Source of the DNA: Verrucomicrobiales bacterium
GTDB taxonomy: Bacteria; Verrucomicrobiota; Verrucomicrobiia; Methylacidiphilales; JAAUTS01
Direction of reading: 5' to 3'
DNA: 64,000 nt
NCBI GenBank assembly: GCA_031266335.1
Contig: JAISBF010000031.1
Coordinates: 12,507-76,506 of the forward strand
Numbering within the stretch: the first letter of the stretch is position 1; every line of letters starts with the position of its first letter. Under the pieces are notes generated by a model. The model was not told the origin of the DNA and did not search any database. It saw only the letters and a program-made list of their open reading frames with translations. This document shows, one piece after another, positions 19,601-29,900 of the stretch. The position numbers and the translations under genes are program-made.

Positions 19601-20694
19601 AACTCGACCAGGTAATCCGCCGGCCCGTGCCCCATCTCGCCGTGCGGTTCCAGCCACGCGCTGACGTTCTCCAAATCGGTGTATTTCCGCACGATTTGTT
19701 GCAACTGCGCGAACAGCAAGTCCTGCGCATCGTCAGCGCACCACGACACCGTCTCGCCGCCCCAGCGCATCGAGCCGTAATACGACCCCATGAAGCCCGG
19801 CGCGAATTGCATCATGCTTTCCGGCCAGCGGTTATACACCCAAAAATGCGTCTTCGACGTGAGGTCCACGTTCATCCCCACCGGCAGCCCCTTTTTGACC
19901 GCCGCGCGCACCGCCCAGTCCCACACCGGGTCGTTGGTCAGCCACTCCGCGCTGTGCCCCCACTGCGCGCCGACCCAAATGGTGATGCCGGCGTGGTTGC
20001 TCGCTTCCGCGAAATCGAAATCCTCCGCCAGGTCGTAAGTCAGGTCCGGGCGGCCGTTCAGGCCGAATTGCAACTGCTCCGGCAGCGGCTTCAGCCGGTA
20101 CCCGTAATAAAAATGCCAGCCGTATTGGTCAAACCGGTCGAGCCACATCGGCACTTTCACCGCCGCTGACGATGACCAGCCGTCGCCCACCGTCAGCGTC
20201 TTGCCTAACAAGTCGCCAAGCGCCGCCGCCGTCGGCGCCGTCGCGACCACCAGCGTGTCCCCGCGCTGCAACGCCGCGATCACGCCCTGCGCGCCGACGT
20301 CGCGGAAGTTGACGGTCTGCCCGCTGACGGTCAGCGTCCCCGGCTTGGTGCCCGGCGGCAGCGTGTCGAGGTCGGACAAATATTTCGCCTGCGCCAGTTG
20401 CGCCTTGGCCTCGCTCTCGCACTTGATTTGCAACAACGTGCCGCCGTCAGCGGCCCGCCAACTGGCGCCGCTGACCGTGCCGTACCCGCGCAGTTTTTTC
20501 GGCGCGAACACGCCGCCCGCCGTCAGCGCCGCGGTGTTCACCGCCGCCGGCGGACGGTCGGCGACCGCGGTTTTTTTCGCCGCGCCACCGTCAGCGGTGG
20601 CGCGCGGTTTGCTGAGGCGCTGCCCGCTGGCGTTCAGCGTCAGCGCCAGCAGCAAAGCCAGGGTGGTTTGCCAGTGCATAGTTTTAGCTTTCAT
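16693..20694 (-). CDS. giant secreted GH42-like multidomain glycosidase, paralog P2
   Basis: Collinear with P1 over its full length. Its stop overlaps the P1 start (ATGA at 16693-16696). The N-terminus MKAKTMHWQTTLALLLALTLN matches P4 over these 21 residues. Confidence 0.65.
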   Translation of the reverse strand: MKAKTMHWQTTLALLLALTLNASGQRLSKPRATADGGAAKKTAVADRPPAAVNTAALTAGGVFAPKKLRGYGTVSGASWRAADGGTLLQIKCESEAKAQLAQAKYLSDLDTLPPGTKPGTLTVSGQTVNFRDVGAQGVIAALQRGDTLVVATAPTAAALGDLLGKTLTVGDGWSSSAAVKVPMWLDRFDQYGWHFYYGYRLKPLPEQLQFGLNGRPDLTYDLAEDFDFAEASNHAGITIWVGAQWGHSAEWLTNDPVWDWAVRAAVKKGLPVGMNVDLTSKTHFWVYNRWPESMMQFAPGFMGSYYGSMRWGGETVSWCADDAQDLLFAQLQQIVRKYTDLENVSAWLEPHGEMGHGPADYLVEFGPLADASYREYLRGKYRTVAALSARWEKNLRAWDDVKVPEVAEFMGWGPDARDLKGEWRASYEAADNDAALAADFDDRAWPTIVAPDHALGRLAGTIAPKPVLWRRHFDADSIWRAAQKKVWLYIWDMNNNIDHGRKKDASLRVVAALNGKVLEEKNPLFDESHRAAFDVTALLKDSGNVLALRLPRGAVNYRIYLSGEAPRAYPLLGAGGNAQWTDFYNWTFHIRANVLRRGMQMIRQADPDRGIILMSPDYYVEAIHQAAIEYGGDFHNTGYMAAWWCDRLAAYMRAAGLPMSVEPGGGPQAAWELPLYVGHWLTEGVNAVDFFQHMGETLWWPEVKKNFDDYMRVYTSVGRYHAETAQIAALYSGRVERLLGFPWLHARAQTNADGEPLFRGNAYVSQFNVRSLFSPLGNGLLPEGCLYFESDAVTELSFQKDQCGKYRVIVDTSTSFMDEATVSGIERFVRNGGVFVTYGDSGRHTYEVPDSWPLARLTGFRSKPGKYFTNGTVSVSAAEDARGFLPADLDLGTIGGAHYQRIEDDAQILAKWNDGSAAVGLRKIGKGYVVTVGPQFDMQRGNDFFKSLFAWLNIKPVPANITVSDGNPRTVVWRHFVSNSGLYDVWVVFNCTRDSALTATLTLDTPARPTWLVDVQTSARHPLAGNTLTVQLPPMAVNVWLTPRTVSGAADEWFTLQRGWWSGAAGDPGKPFPQPAPKWSVGVTDGWKFKPLALEQKTNPPPEVAATVSDGDWETRPLNVFTLPDHPDARRGVFRREIQIPDNWLNGTISLRLSSAYGRGREQYYLNGQPIGRNDDLDLRPGDKFMIAADIQSDNGRKFLGAAEASWLAFYPNPAARQDLSGEWQPSGDYLNWRPTVSVPGTTEKNTLALRRVVRVSDEARGRTVCIRGNRMTGVVINGHYLRPHTKEADVLTLNITPWVKPGADNEIILTLGGGPDPITTLSLDFHEPGTYP

Positions 20695-20695
20695 T

Positions 20696-23600
20696 TCACG
20701 GATAGGTGCCGGGTGGATGGAAATCCAGGGTCAGCGAGGTTATTTTGTCCGGGCCGCCGCCGAGGGTGAGGATGATTTCATTGTCAGCGCCGGGTTTCAC
20801 CCACGGCGTGATGTTCAGCGTCAGCACGTCCGCCTCCTTGGTGTGCGGCCGCAGGTAATGACCGTTGATGACCACGCCGGTCATGCGGTTGCCGCGGATG
20901 CACACCGTGCGCTCGCGCGCCTCGTCGCTGACCCTGACCACGCGGCGCAACGCCAGCGTGTTTGCTTCCGTCGTGCCGGGCACGCTGACGGTGGCGCGCC
21001 AGTTCAAGTAATCGCCGCTCGGCTGCCACTCGCCGGACAAATCCTGCCGCGCCGCCGGATTGGGATAAAAGGCCAGCCACGACGACTCGTGCGCGCCGAG
21101 CAGGACGCGGCCATTGTCGCTCTGCACGTCGATGGCCAGTGTGTGTTGCTCGCCCGGCCGCAGGTCAAGGTCGTCGTTGCGGCCGATCAGCCGGCCGTCC
21201 AGGTAATACCGCGCCTGCCCCCGCATATAAGTTGACGACAACCGCAGGGAGGTGGTGCCGTTGAGCCAGTTGTCAGGGATTTGGATGGCGCGCCGGAACA
21301 CGCCGCGCTTCACGCCGGGGTGATCGGGATGCGTGAACACGTCGAACGCGCGCGTCTCCCAGTCGCCGTCGCTGACGGTGACACCGACTTCCGGCAGCGG
21401 GTCGGTGGCCTGCTCCAGCGGCAGCGGCTTGAATTTCCAGCCGTCGGTGACGTTCAGCGACCACTTTGGCGCCGACTGGGGAAACGGCTTGCCCAGGTCA
21501 GCGGCCGCGCCGCCCCACCAGCCGCGTTGCAGCGCGAACCATTCGTCCGCCGCGCCGCCGACCGCGCGCGGGGTGAGCCAGATTTTGACCGTCAGCGGCG
21601 GCGGCACCCGCACCGGCAGCCGCCCGTCGCTCAACGCGTGGCGCTCGCCGGTTTTCAAATCAACGCACCACGCGGGCCGCAGCGGCTCAGCCAGCACCAG
21701 CGTGCCCGACAACTCGTCCGTCTGGCTGCGGTTGAACACCGCCCATACGTCGTAGAGGCCGTTGTTGCTGATGAAATGCCGCCAGATGATATTTTTGCCG
21801 TCGCCCTCGAAACGCGCGGGCACGGGCGCGAGCTGGCGCCATTGCAGCAGGTGCTGGAAAAATTCCTGGCCATGCGCGACATCGAAGTGCGGGCCGACGG
21901 TGATCACATACCCCTGCCCCACCTGCCGCAGGCCGAGCGCCGCGCTGCCGTCCTTCCAGGTGGCGAGTATTTGCGCGTCATCCGCCACCCGCTGATAGTG
22001 AATGCCGTTGAGCTGCTTGGCGCCAAACTCATAGTCAGCGGGCAGAAACCCGCGCTCCGGCTTGACGCTGGCGGTGTCGGGGAAAAAGTATTTGCCCGGT
22101 TTCGCGCGGAAGCCGCTGAGCCTGGCCAGCGGCCAGGTGTCCGGCTCCTCGTAGGAATGCCGCCCACTGTCGCCGTAGGTGACGAACACGCCGCCGCTCT
22201 TGACGAACCGCTCGATGCCGCTGACGGTGGCCTCGTCCATGAACGAGGTGTTAGTGTCCACGATGACGCGATATTGGCCGCACTGATTGTTTTGGAACGA
22301 CAACTCGGTCACCGCGTCGCTCTCGTACATGGTGCCGTCCGGTATATGCTCCATCGGGCTGAACAGGGAGCGGACATTGAAGAAGGAGACGTAGGCGCTG
22401 CCGCGAAAATACGGCTCACCGTCAGCGTTGGCGGCGAGGAAGGCGTTGCCCAGCCACGGATTCAGCCACGGGAAGCCGGGCAACCGCTCGACGCGCGCGG
22501 AATACAGCGCCGCCACCTGCGCCGGCGCCGCGTGATAGCGCCCGATGGTGGTGTAGATGTTGATGTTGTCCTCGAAATTCTTTTTGATGGCCGGATGCCA
22601 GTACACCTCGCCCATGTACTGAAAGAAATCCACCGCGTTCACCCCCTCGGTGATCCAGTTGCCGAACGAGTTACTCAAGTGCCACGGCTCCGTCGGCCCC
22701 CCGCTCGGCTCGATGCTCATCGGCAGCCCCGCCGCGCGCATGTAGGCCGGCAGCCGGTCGCACCACCAGCCGGCCATATAGCCGGTGTTGTGAAAATCGC
22801 CGCCGTACTCGATCGCCGCCTGCTGGATCACATCCACGTAGGAATCCGGCGCCATCAAAATAATCCCGCGGTCGGGGTCGGCCTGGCGAATCATCTGCAT
22901 CCCGCGCCGCACGACCTGCCCGCGAATGTGAAACATCCAGTTATAAAAATCCACCCATTGCGCGTTTTTGGCCGCGCCGAGCATGGGATAGATTTGCGGC
23001 GCCTCGCCTGACAGGTAAATGCGATAATTAACCATGCCGCGCGGCAGCCGCAGCGCCAGCACGTTGCCGCGGTCCTGCACCAGCCCGGTCACGTCGAACG
23101 CCGCGCGGTGGCTCTCGTGAAACAACGGGGCTTTTTCCTCCAGCACCTGGCCGTTCAACGCGATGGTGACGCGCTGGCTGGAGTCCTGGGGCTGCTGGCG
23201 GTTGTCGTTCAGGTCCCACACGTACAGCCAGACTTTTTTTTGCGCCGACCGCCAGATGCTGTCCATGTCGAAGTGCCGCCGCCACAGCACCGGCTTCGGC
23301 GCGATGGTGCCCGCCAGCCGGCCGAGCGCGTGGTCGGGCGCGACGATGGTCGGCCACGCGCTATCGTCAAAGTCCAGCGTCAGCGCCGCGTCATTGTCAG
23401 CGTCGGCATAACTCGCCCGCCACTCGCCCCGCAAATCCCGCGCGTCCGGCCCCCAGCCGAAAAATTCCGCCACCTCCGGCACTTTCACGTCGTCCCACGC
23501 GCGCAAATTTTTCTCCCAGCGCGCTGACAGTGCCGCGACGGTCCGGTATTTGTCCCGCAAATAGTTCCGGTAACTCGCGTCCGCCACCGGCCCGTGCTCG

Positions 23601-24715
23601 ACCAGATAATCCGCCGGCCCGTGCCCCATTTCCCCGTGCGGTTCCAGCCACGCGCCGACATGCTCGGTGTCCTGGAACTTGCGCACGATTTGCTGCAACT
23701 GCGCGAACAACATATCCTGCGCATCGTCAGCGCACCACGACACCGTCTCGCCGCCCCAGCGCATCGAGCCGTAATACGAACCCAGAAACCCCGGCGCGAA
23801 CTGCATCATGCTTTCCGGCCAGCGGTTGTACACCCAGAAATGCGTATTCGAGGTGAGGTTCAGGTTCATCCCCACCGGCAGCCCGCTTTTCACCGCCGCC
23901 CGCACCGCCCACTCCCAGGACGGATCGTTGGTCAGCCACTCCGCGCTGTGGCCGTATTGCGCGTTCGCCCACATGGTGATGCCGGCGTGGTGGCTCGCCG
24001 CCGCGAAGTCAAAATCCTGTTGCGGGTCGTAGGAAACAATCGTCCGCTGATTCTCGTCCCACCGCAGCAGGCCCGGCTTGTAATAAAAATTGAAGCTGTG
24101 CCGGTCAAAGCGGTCGAGCCACATCGGCACTTTCGCCGACGCTGACGATGACCAGCCGTCGCCGACGGTCAGCGTCTTGCCTAACAAGTCGCCGAGCGCC
24201 GCCGCTGACGGCGCCGCCGCGACCACCAGCGTGTCCCCGCGCTGCAACGCCGCGATGCCCCCCTGCGCGCCGGCATCGCGGAAATTGACGGTTTGCCCGC
24301 TGACGGTGATGGTGCCCGGCTTGGTGCCCGGCGGCAGCGTGTCGAGGTCGGACAAATATTTCGCCTGCGCCAGCTTCGCCTTGGCCTCGCTCTCGCAATT
24401 GATTTGTAGCAACGTGCCGCCGTCAGCGCCGCGCCAGCTCGCGCCGCTGACCGTGCCATACGCGCGCAATTTTTTCGCCGCGAACGTGCCAGTCACCGCC
24501 AGCGCCGCGGTGTTCACCGCCGCCGGCGCGCGGTCGGCGATCGCGGTTTTTTGCGCCGGCTCGGCGGTGGTGGCGGCGCGCGCCGGTTTTTTCAGCCGCT
24601 GACCGCGCGCGTCCGCGCCCAGCGGCAACGTTAACAGGCCGACCACCAGCCCGGCGCCGGCCAGTCGCAGAACGGTTTTTTGCACCGCAACCATGCGTGA
24701 TGTTATATTTATCAT
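20696..24715 (-). CDS. giant secreted GH42-like multidomain glycosidase, paralog P3
   Basis: Collinear with P1 and P2. There is a 1-nt gap to the P2 start. An alternative start at 24694 (MVAVQKTVLRLAG...) is more likely than 24715. Confidence 0.65.
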   Translation of the reverse strand: MINITSRMVAVQKTVLRLAGAGLVVGLLTLPLGADARGQRLKKPARAATTAEPAQKTAIADRAPAAVNTAALAVTGTFAAKKLRAYGTVSGASWRGADGGTLLQINCESEAKAKLAQAKYLSDLDTLPPGTKPGTITVSGQTVNFRDAGAQGGIAALQRGDTLVVAAAPSAAALGDLLGKTLTVGDGWSSSASAKVPMWLDRFDRHSFNFYYKPGLLRWDENQRTIVSYDPQQDFDFAAASHHAGITMWANAQYGHSAEWLTNDPSWEWAVRAAVKSGLPVGMNLNLTSNTHFWVYNRWPESMMQFAPGFLGSYYGSMRWGGETVSWCADDAQDMLFAQLQQIVRKFQDTEHVGAWLEPHGEMGHGPADYLVEHGPVADASYRNYLRDKYRTVAALSARWEKNLRAWDDVKVPEVAEFFGWGPDARDLRGEWRASYADADNDAALTLDFDDSAWPTIVAPDHALGRLAGTIAPKPVLWRRHFDMDSIWRSAQKKVWLYVWDLNDNRQQPQDSSQRVTIALNGQVLEEKAPLFHESHRAAFDVTGLVQDRGNVLALRLPRGMVNYRIYLSGEAPQIYPMLGAAKNAQWVDFYNWMFHIRGQVVRRGMQMIRQADPDRGIILMAPDSYVDVIQQAAIEYGGDFHNTGYMAGWWCDRLPAYMRAAGLPMSIEPSGGPTEPWHLSNSFGNWITEGVNAVDFFQYMGEVYWHPAIKKNFEDNINIYTTIGRYHAAPAQVAALYSARVERLPGFPWLNPWLGNAFLAANADGEPYFRGSAYVSFFNVRSLFSPMEHIPDGTMYESDAVTELSFQNNQCGQYRVIVDTNTSFMDEATVSGIERFVKSGGVFVTYGDSGRHSYEEPDTWPLARLSGFRAKPGKYFFPDTASVKPERGFLPADYEFGAKQLNGIHYQRVADDAQILATWKDGSAALGLRQVGQGYVITVGPHFDVAHGQEFFQHLLQWRQLAPVPARFEGDGKNIIWRHFISNNGLYDVWAVFNRSQTDELSGTLVLAEPLRPAWCVDLKTGERHALSDGRLPVRVPPPLTVKIWLTPRAVGGAADEWFALQRGWWGGAAADLGKPFPQSAPKWSLNVTDGWKFKPLPLEQATDPLPEVGVTVSDGDWETRAFDVFTHPDHPGVKRGVFRRAIQIPDNWLNGTTSLRLSSTYMRGQARYYLDGRLIGRNDDLDLRPGEQHTLAIDVQSDNGRVLLGAHESSWLAFYPNPAARQDLSGEWQPSGDYLNWRATVSVPGTTEANTLALRRVVRVSDEARERTVCIRGNRMTGVVINGHYLRPHTKEADVLTLNITPWVKPGADNEIILTLGGGPDKITSLTLDFHPPGTYP

Positions 24716-24810
24716 CTGTTTAAAACGAACAAAATCTCCAATTGTCGCAATTTTCTTTAATCGATTATTCCATGGTCAGTTAGAATGCCGGCGTGTTCGT
24801 CGCCGGCGCT

Positions 24811-26865
24811 TTATTCGTCCGCCCGATACCAAATCAACAGCGAGCCGGGCGCCTTGTCAACCGCCAGCTCGACGCCGTTTTTCAATTCCCGCCCGCTCTT
24901 TTTCACGCGGACGTTTTTGTCCTCGTCGAACAGCTCGTACGTGTCAGCGTCAGCGAGGCCGGACAGCTTCACCGTCAGTGTCGCGTTTTGGTTCTGCTCG
25001 CGGCGGAAGGCGAGGATGATGCCGTCGCGCTGTTCGGGACGGTTGAGTTGATAGGCCAGCCACACATCGTCAGCGGCGTAATTTTCCACCGGCGTCAGCG
25101 GATAATAGTCGCCGTAATAATACGGGCGCAATTCCTTGAATGCGGCCAGCACCCGCTGCATCTCGGGAATCGGCCGCGTGCCTTTGCCGGTCGAGACTTC
25201 CCACGCGGTCGCCATCGTCGCGCCCAGCGCGGAGCGAAACTGATAATGATCCGCCGAATAAGTGGCGGTGCCGTGTTGCGGCAAATAAAAATGCAGCCCG
25301 TAGGTGTGGCATTGCTGGCCCTTCGGCTCGCCGTACTGGTAATCCGTCCGCCACAGCGGCGCTGACCGTGAGACGGTTTCCAAATCAATCCGCCGCCCGC
25401 CGCTGGCGCAGTTGTCAATCAGCAGATTGGGGAAGCGCTCCAGCAGCGTGTCCCAGAACGCGTACAATCCCTCGATGTGCCGGATTTCCGCCATGCCGAC
25501 GCGGTCGTCACCGTCAGCGGCGTCCTTCTTCGCCCAGAATGGCGCCGGGTCGAAATTGAAATCCTGCCGGTAATAGTCAACGCCCTCGCGGCGGAAAAAT
25601 TCCGTCATGAAATCGGCCAGCCACTTGACCGCGGCGGGGTTGCCGAGGTCGAACAGGAAAGTGTCGCCGTTGTGGGACAGTTTGATCATCCACTCCGGGT
25701 GCTCGCGGTCGAACAGCGAACCCGAGCGCACGCGCTCCGGCTCGAACCACAGGAGGAATTTCGCGCCGGTCGCGTGCGCCTCGTCGGCCATGGCGCGCAG
25801 GCCGTTGGGGAACCGCTCGCGCGGCACCGCCCAGTTGCCGACATTCACATACCAATTGCCGCCCGGCTTGAACCCGCAGCCGTCGTACCAGCCGGCGTCG
25901 ATCCAGATGGCCTCCGGCGTCAGGCCGAAGTAGTGGTAACGCTCGATCAGCCCGACCCCGTATTTCTCCGTCAGCGCCTCGAACTCGCCGCACGGCGGCG
26001 GGTCGCCGTAATCCAGCATACTGCTCAACGGATAATCGGCGCGCCGCCCGTCAATCTTCCGCGCATGGTGCGCCTGCACGAAGCGGCGAAACTGGTTGTG
26101 CCCGGTCATGCGCTCGCCGCGCCAGTGCAGCAACGCCACGCGCGGCGTGCGGATTTCCTCGCCCGGCCGCAGTGTCAGCCGCAGCCGCTCCATGCCCGCT
26201 GACAATGCGAACGCCGTGGCCGAGCGCCGCTCAAGGTCAGCGAACCATTTGCCGGTCCAGCCCACCGCGACGACCAGGCCCTGACCGCCCGGCGCCTCGA
26301 TGTTGAAAAACGGCAGCGCGGCGCCGTCCGACGAGCGCCCGCGATCCGGCGTCAGATAAATGTTCTTGCCCGCGGCGACCGGGTCGCGCAGCGGCTCGAA
26401 GTCATTGCGCTTGGCGTCGCTGCCGCGCGAGTGGTGCAAAATCAACTCGCCGCTGACGGTGGCGAACTCGCGGTCGATCACCTTGACTTTTTCCAGGATC
26501 GGCGTGTTTTGCTTCGCGGCGTTGGCGAAGCGCAGCACCCATTCGACCGCCGGGAAATCCTTGAACGCCGTCACCTCGCACTTCACCGTCAGCGCCGTGG
26601 CCGGGTCGGTGTAGGTGAACAGCGTCACGTCCTGATCCGGCGCGGAACGCACCGTCAGCGCCTGGTATTGCCAGCCGGTGATAAATTCGTCGGAGTTTTT
26701 CCCGCCATAGACAAAGGAAAACGGCGGACGTTCGCCGCGCGCGAAACTTTGCGCCACCCAGGCGGTGGATTGAAACGCCGATGTTGCGGTCAGCGTCGTC
26801 TCCCGCGCGAAAACCATGCCGCACGACAGCATCCCGCCCGCCCAAGCACAACCGATTTTTTTCAT
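24811..26865 (-). CDS. GH36-like alpha-galactosidase family protein
   Basis: Motifs YYRQDFNF (KxDxN-like nucleophile region) and IDNCASGGRRIDLE (CxSGGGRxD-like), with a signal peptide MKKIGCAWAGGMLSCGMVFA. The start was trimmed from the track's 26985 to the ATG at 26865. The longer version would overlap P4 and reads through an AT-rich spacer. Confidence 0.65.
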   Translation of the reverse strand: MKKIGCAWAGGMLSCGMVFARETTLTATSAFQSTAWVAQSFARGERPPFSFVYGGKNSDEFITGWQYQALTVRSAPDQDVTLFTYTDPATALTVKCEVTAFKDFPAVEWVLRFANAAKQNTPILEKVKVIDREFATVSGELILHHSRGSDAKRNDFEPLRDPVAAGKNIYLTPDRGRSSDGAALPFFNIEAPGGQGLVVAVGWTGKWFADLERRSATAFALSAGMERLRLTLRPGEEIRTPRVALLHWRGERMTGHNQFRRFVQAHHARKIDGRRADYPLSSMLDYGDPPPCGEFEALTEKYGVGLIERYHYFGLTPEAIWIDAGWYDGCGFKPGGNWYVNVGNWAVPRERFPNGLRAMADEAHATGAKFLLWFEPERVRSGSLFDREHPEWMIKLSHNGDTFLFDLGNPAAVKWLADFMTEFFRREGVDYYRQDFNFDPAPFWAKKDAADGDDRVGMAEIRHIEGLYAFWDTLLERFPNLLIDNCASGGRRIDLETVSRSAPLWRTDYQYGEPKGQQCHTYGLHFYLPQHGTATYSADHYQFRSALGATMATAWEVSTGKGTRPIPEMQRVLAAFKELRPYYYGDYYPLTPVENYAADDVWLAYQLNRPEQRDGIILAFRREQNQNATLTVKLSGLADADTYELFDEDKNVRVKKSGRELKNGVELAVDKAPGSLLIWYRADE

Positions 26866-26867
26866 AA

Positions 26868-26903
26868 TGATATTCATGTTGGTATTGATATTCATGTTGG
26901 TTT
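26868..26903. repeat. two direct copies of TGATATTCATGTTGGT with a 19-nt period in the AT-rich spacer upstream of the GH36-like gene
   Basis: tgatattcatgttggt occurs at 26868-26883 and again at 26887-26902. On the coding strand this reads ACCAACATGAATATCA twice, immediately 5' of the GH36 ATG. Confidence 0.8.
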
Positions 26904-26932
26904 GCATTGCCGATGGTTCACCGTCAGCGTCT

Positions 26933-29900
26933 TCACGGATAGGTGCCCGGCTCGTGGAATTCCAGCGCCAGTTCGGCGACCTCATGGCCGGGGCCGATGA
27001 TGATCAATTCATTGTCAGCGTCGGGCCGCACCCACGGCGTGATGTTCAGCGTCAGCCAGCCCGATTCCTTGGTGTGCGGGCGGACGTAACGGCCGTTGAT
27101 CACCACGCCGCTGACGTTCAGCCCCTGCAATACCACGGTGCGCCCGCGGGCCGCCGCGTCCACTTGCACCGTCCGCCGCAACGCGACGGTCTGCGCCTCC
27201 ATGCGCCCGGGCAGCTTGACGGCCGGCCGCCAGTTCAGGTAGTCGCCGGTTGGCTGCCAGTCGCCGGCCAGGTCCTGCCGCGCCGCCGGCGCGGGATGAT
27301 AGACCAGCCACGTCGCGCCGCGCGCGCCGAGCAGCGCGCGGTCGCGGTCGCTCTGGATGTCCACGGCCAGCAAATGAGTTTCGCCCGGCTTGACCGCCAG
27401 CACCGCGTTGCGGTCGGCCAGCGGCTTGCCGTCGAGATACAGGCGCGCGGCCCCGGTGAATTCCGGCGACCGCAGCCCGATGACGCCGTTCCCCCACGTG
27501 GCGGGAATTTGAATCGCGCGACGGAACACGGCGCGGCGCGCGCCCGGATGGTCGGGATGGGTAAAGGTGTCCAGCGCGCGCGTCTCCCAGTCGTCGTCGC
27601 TGACGCTGAGGCCGACCTCGGTCAGCGGGTCGTTGTTCTGCGTCAACTCAAGCACCTTGAACTTCCAGCCCGCAGTGATGTCCACAATCCATTTCTGGTC
27701 GGGCTGGGGAAACGGTTTGCCCGGGTCGCCGTCAGCGCCGCTCCACCAGCCGCGTTGCAGCGCGAACCATTCGTCCGCCGCGCCGCTGACCGCGCGCGGG
27801 GTGAGGTAAACATTGACGATGAACGGCGGCGGCAGCTTGACCGGGATGCGCCCGTCGCTCATCGCGTGGCGCTCGCCGGTTTTCAGGTCAATGAACCACG
27901 CCGGGCGCAGCGGCGCGTCCAGCACCACCGCGCCGGACAATTCCTCCCGGCTGCGGTTGAACACCACCCACACGTCGTACAGGCCGCTGTTGCTGACGTA
28001 GTGCCGCCAGAGCGCGCGCTGGTTGCCGCTGGTTTCGGCGTGTTCGAAATGCGCCGGCACGGGCGTGAGTTCGAGCCACCGGAACAGGTGGCGGAAAAAC
28101 TCGCCGCCGGCCGGGTTGGCAAACCACAGCGGGCCGACCGTAACCACGTACCCCTGGCCCACCTGCCGCAAGCCGAGCGCCGCGCTGCCGTCCTTCCAGG
28201 TGGCGAGTATCTGCGCGTCATCCGCCACCCGCTGATAGTGCGCGCCGTTGATCGGTTTCTCGCCGAGCGTATAGTCGGCGGGCAGGAACCCGCGCTCCGA
28301 CTTGACGCTGGCGGTGTCGGGGAAAAAGTATTTGCCCGGCTTGGCGCGGAACCCGCTGAGCCTGGCCAGCGGCCAGGTGTCCGGCTCCTCGTAGGAATGC
28401 CGCCCGCTGTCACCGTAAGTCACGAACACCCCGCCGTTCTTGACGAACCGCTCGATGCCGCTGACGGTGGCCTCGTCCATGAACGACGTGCTGGTGTCCA
28501 CGATAACGCGGTATTTGCCGCACTGGTCTTTTTGGAACGACAGCTCGGTCACCGCGTCGCTCTCGTAAACCGGGCTGTCCGGCACCGACTCCATCGGGCT
28601 GAAACTGGCGCGGACGTTGAACGCGGAGACAAAGGCATTGCCACGATAATACGGTTCGCCGGCGGCGTTCACCGAGTCGCGCGCCGCCAGCCACGGGAAG
28701 CCCAGCAGCCGCTCGACCCGCCCCGAATACAGCGCCGCCACCTGCGCGGTCGCCGCGTGATAACGGCCGGTTGTCGTGTAGATGTTCACGTACTCCTCGA
28801 AATTCTTGCGAATGTCGTCGTGCCAGTACACCTCGCCCATGTATTGGAACAAATCCACCGCGTTCACCCCCTCGGTGATCCAGTGGCCGAACGCGCCTGA
28901 CAAGTGATCCGGCGCATACGGCCCCTGGCTCGGCTCCGTCGTCATCGGCAGCCCCGCCGCGCGCATGTAGGCCGGCAGCCGGTCGCACCACCAGCCGCCC
29001 ATGTAGCCGGTGTTGTGGAAATCGCCGCCGTAGTCAATCGCCGCCTGCTGGATCACGTCCACGTAGGAATCCGGCGACATCAAAATAATCCCGCGGTCGG
29101 GATCGACCTGCCGCACCATCTGCATCCCGCGCCGCAACGCCCGCTCGCGGATGTAAAACGTCCAGTTATAAAAATCCGCCCACCGCGCGTTTTTGCCCGC
29201 GCCGAGATTGGGATACGCCTTCGGCTCCTCGCCGGACAGATACACGCGGTAATTGACCATGCCGCGCCCCAGCCGCAGCGCCAGCACATTGCCGCTATCT
29301 TTCACCAGCCCGGTCACGTCAAACACCGCGCGGTGATCCTGGTTGTACAACGGCGGCGTCTCCGCCAGGATTTTGCCGTTCAGCGCGACGACAATCCGCC
29401 GGCTGGGATCCGGCTCCTTTTGCGCGACGGCGCGGTTGTCGTTCATGTCCCACACGTACAGCCAGACTTTTTTATGCGCCGACAGCCAGCCGCTGTCAGC
29501 GTCAAAGTGCCGCCGCCACAGCACCGGTTTCGGCGCGACGGTGCCCGCCAGCCGGCCGAGGCCGTGGCCGGGGGCGCTGATGGTCGGCCACTGGCCGTCG
29601 TCAAAGTCCGCTGTTAGCGCCGTGTCATTGTCAGCGTCCGCGTAACTCACCCGCCAGTCGCCGCGCAAGTCCAGCGCGTCCGGCCCCCAGCCGAGAAACT
29701 CCGCGACCTCCGGCGCCTTGATCTCGTCCCACGAGCGCAACGGCAAATCCCAGCGCGCCGCCACCGCTGACAGTGCGCCGTACTTGCCCCGCAAATATTC
29801 GCGATAATTGGCGTCCGCCACCGGCCCGTACTCGACCAGCAAATCCGCCGGCCCGTGCCCCATTTCCTCGTGCGGCTCCAGCCAGGCGGTGATGTTTTCC

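Noticed and set aside
26868-26903. Tandem 16-nt repeat with a 19-nt period, considered as a possible mini CRISPR or other array.
   Set aside because: There are only two copies, the 3-nt spacers are not spacer-like, and there are no cas genes. The 8-nt-periodic palindromes at 5580-5669 and 8327-8478 are likewise inverted, not direct-repeat arrays.
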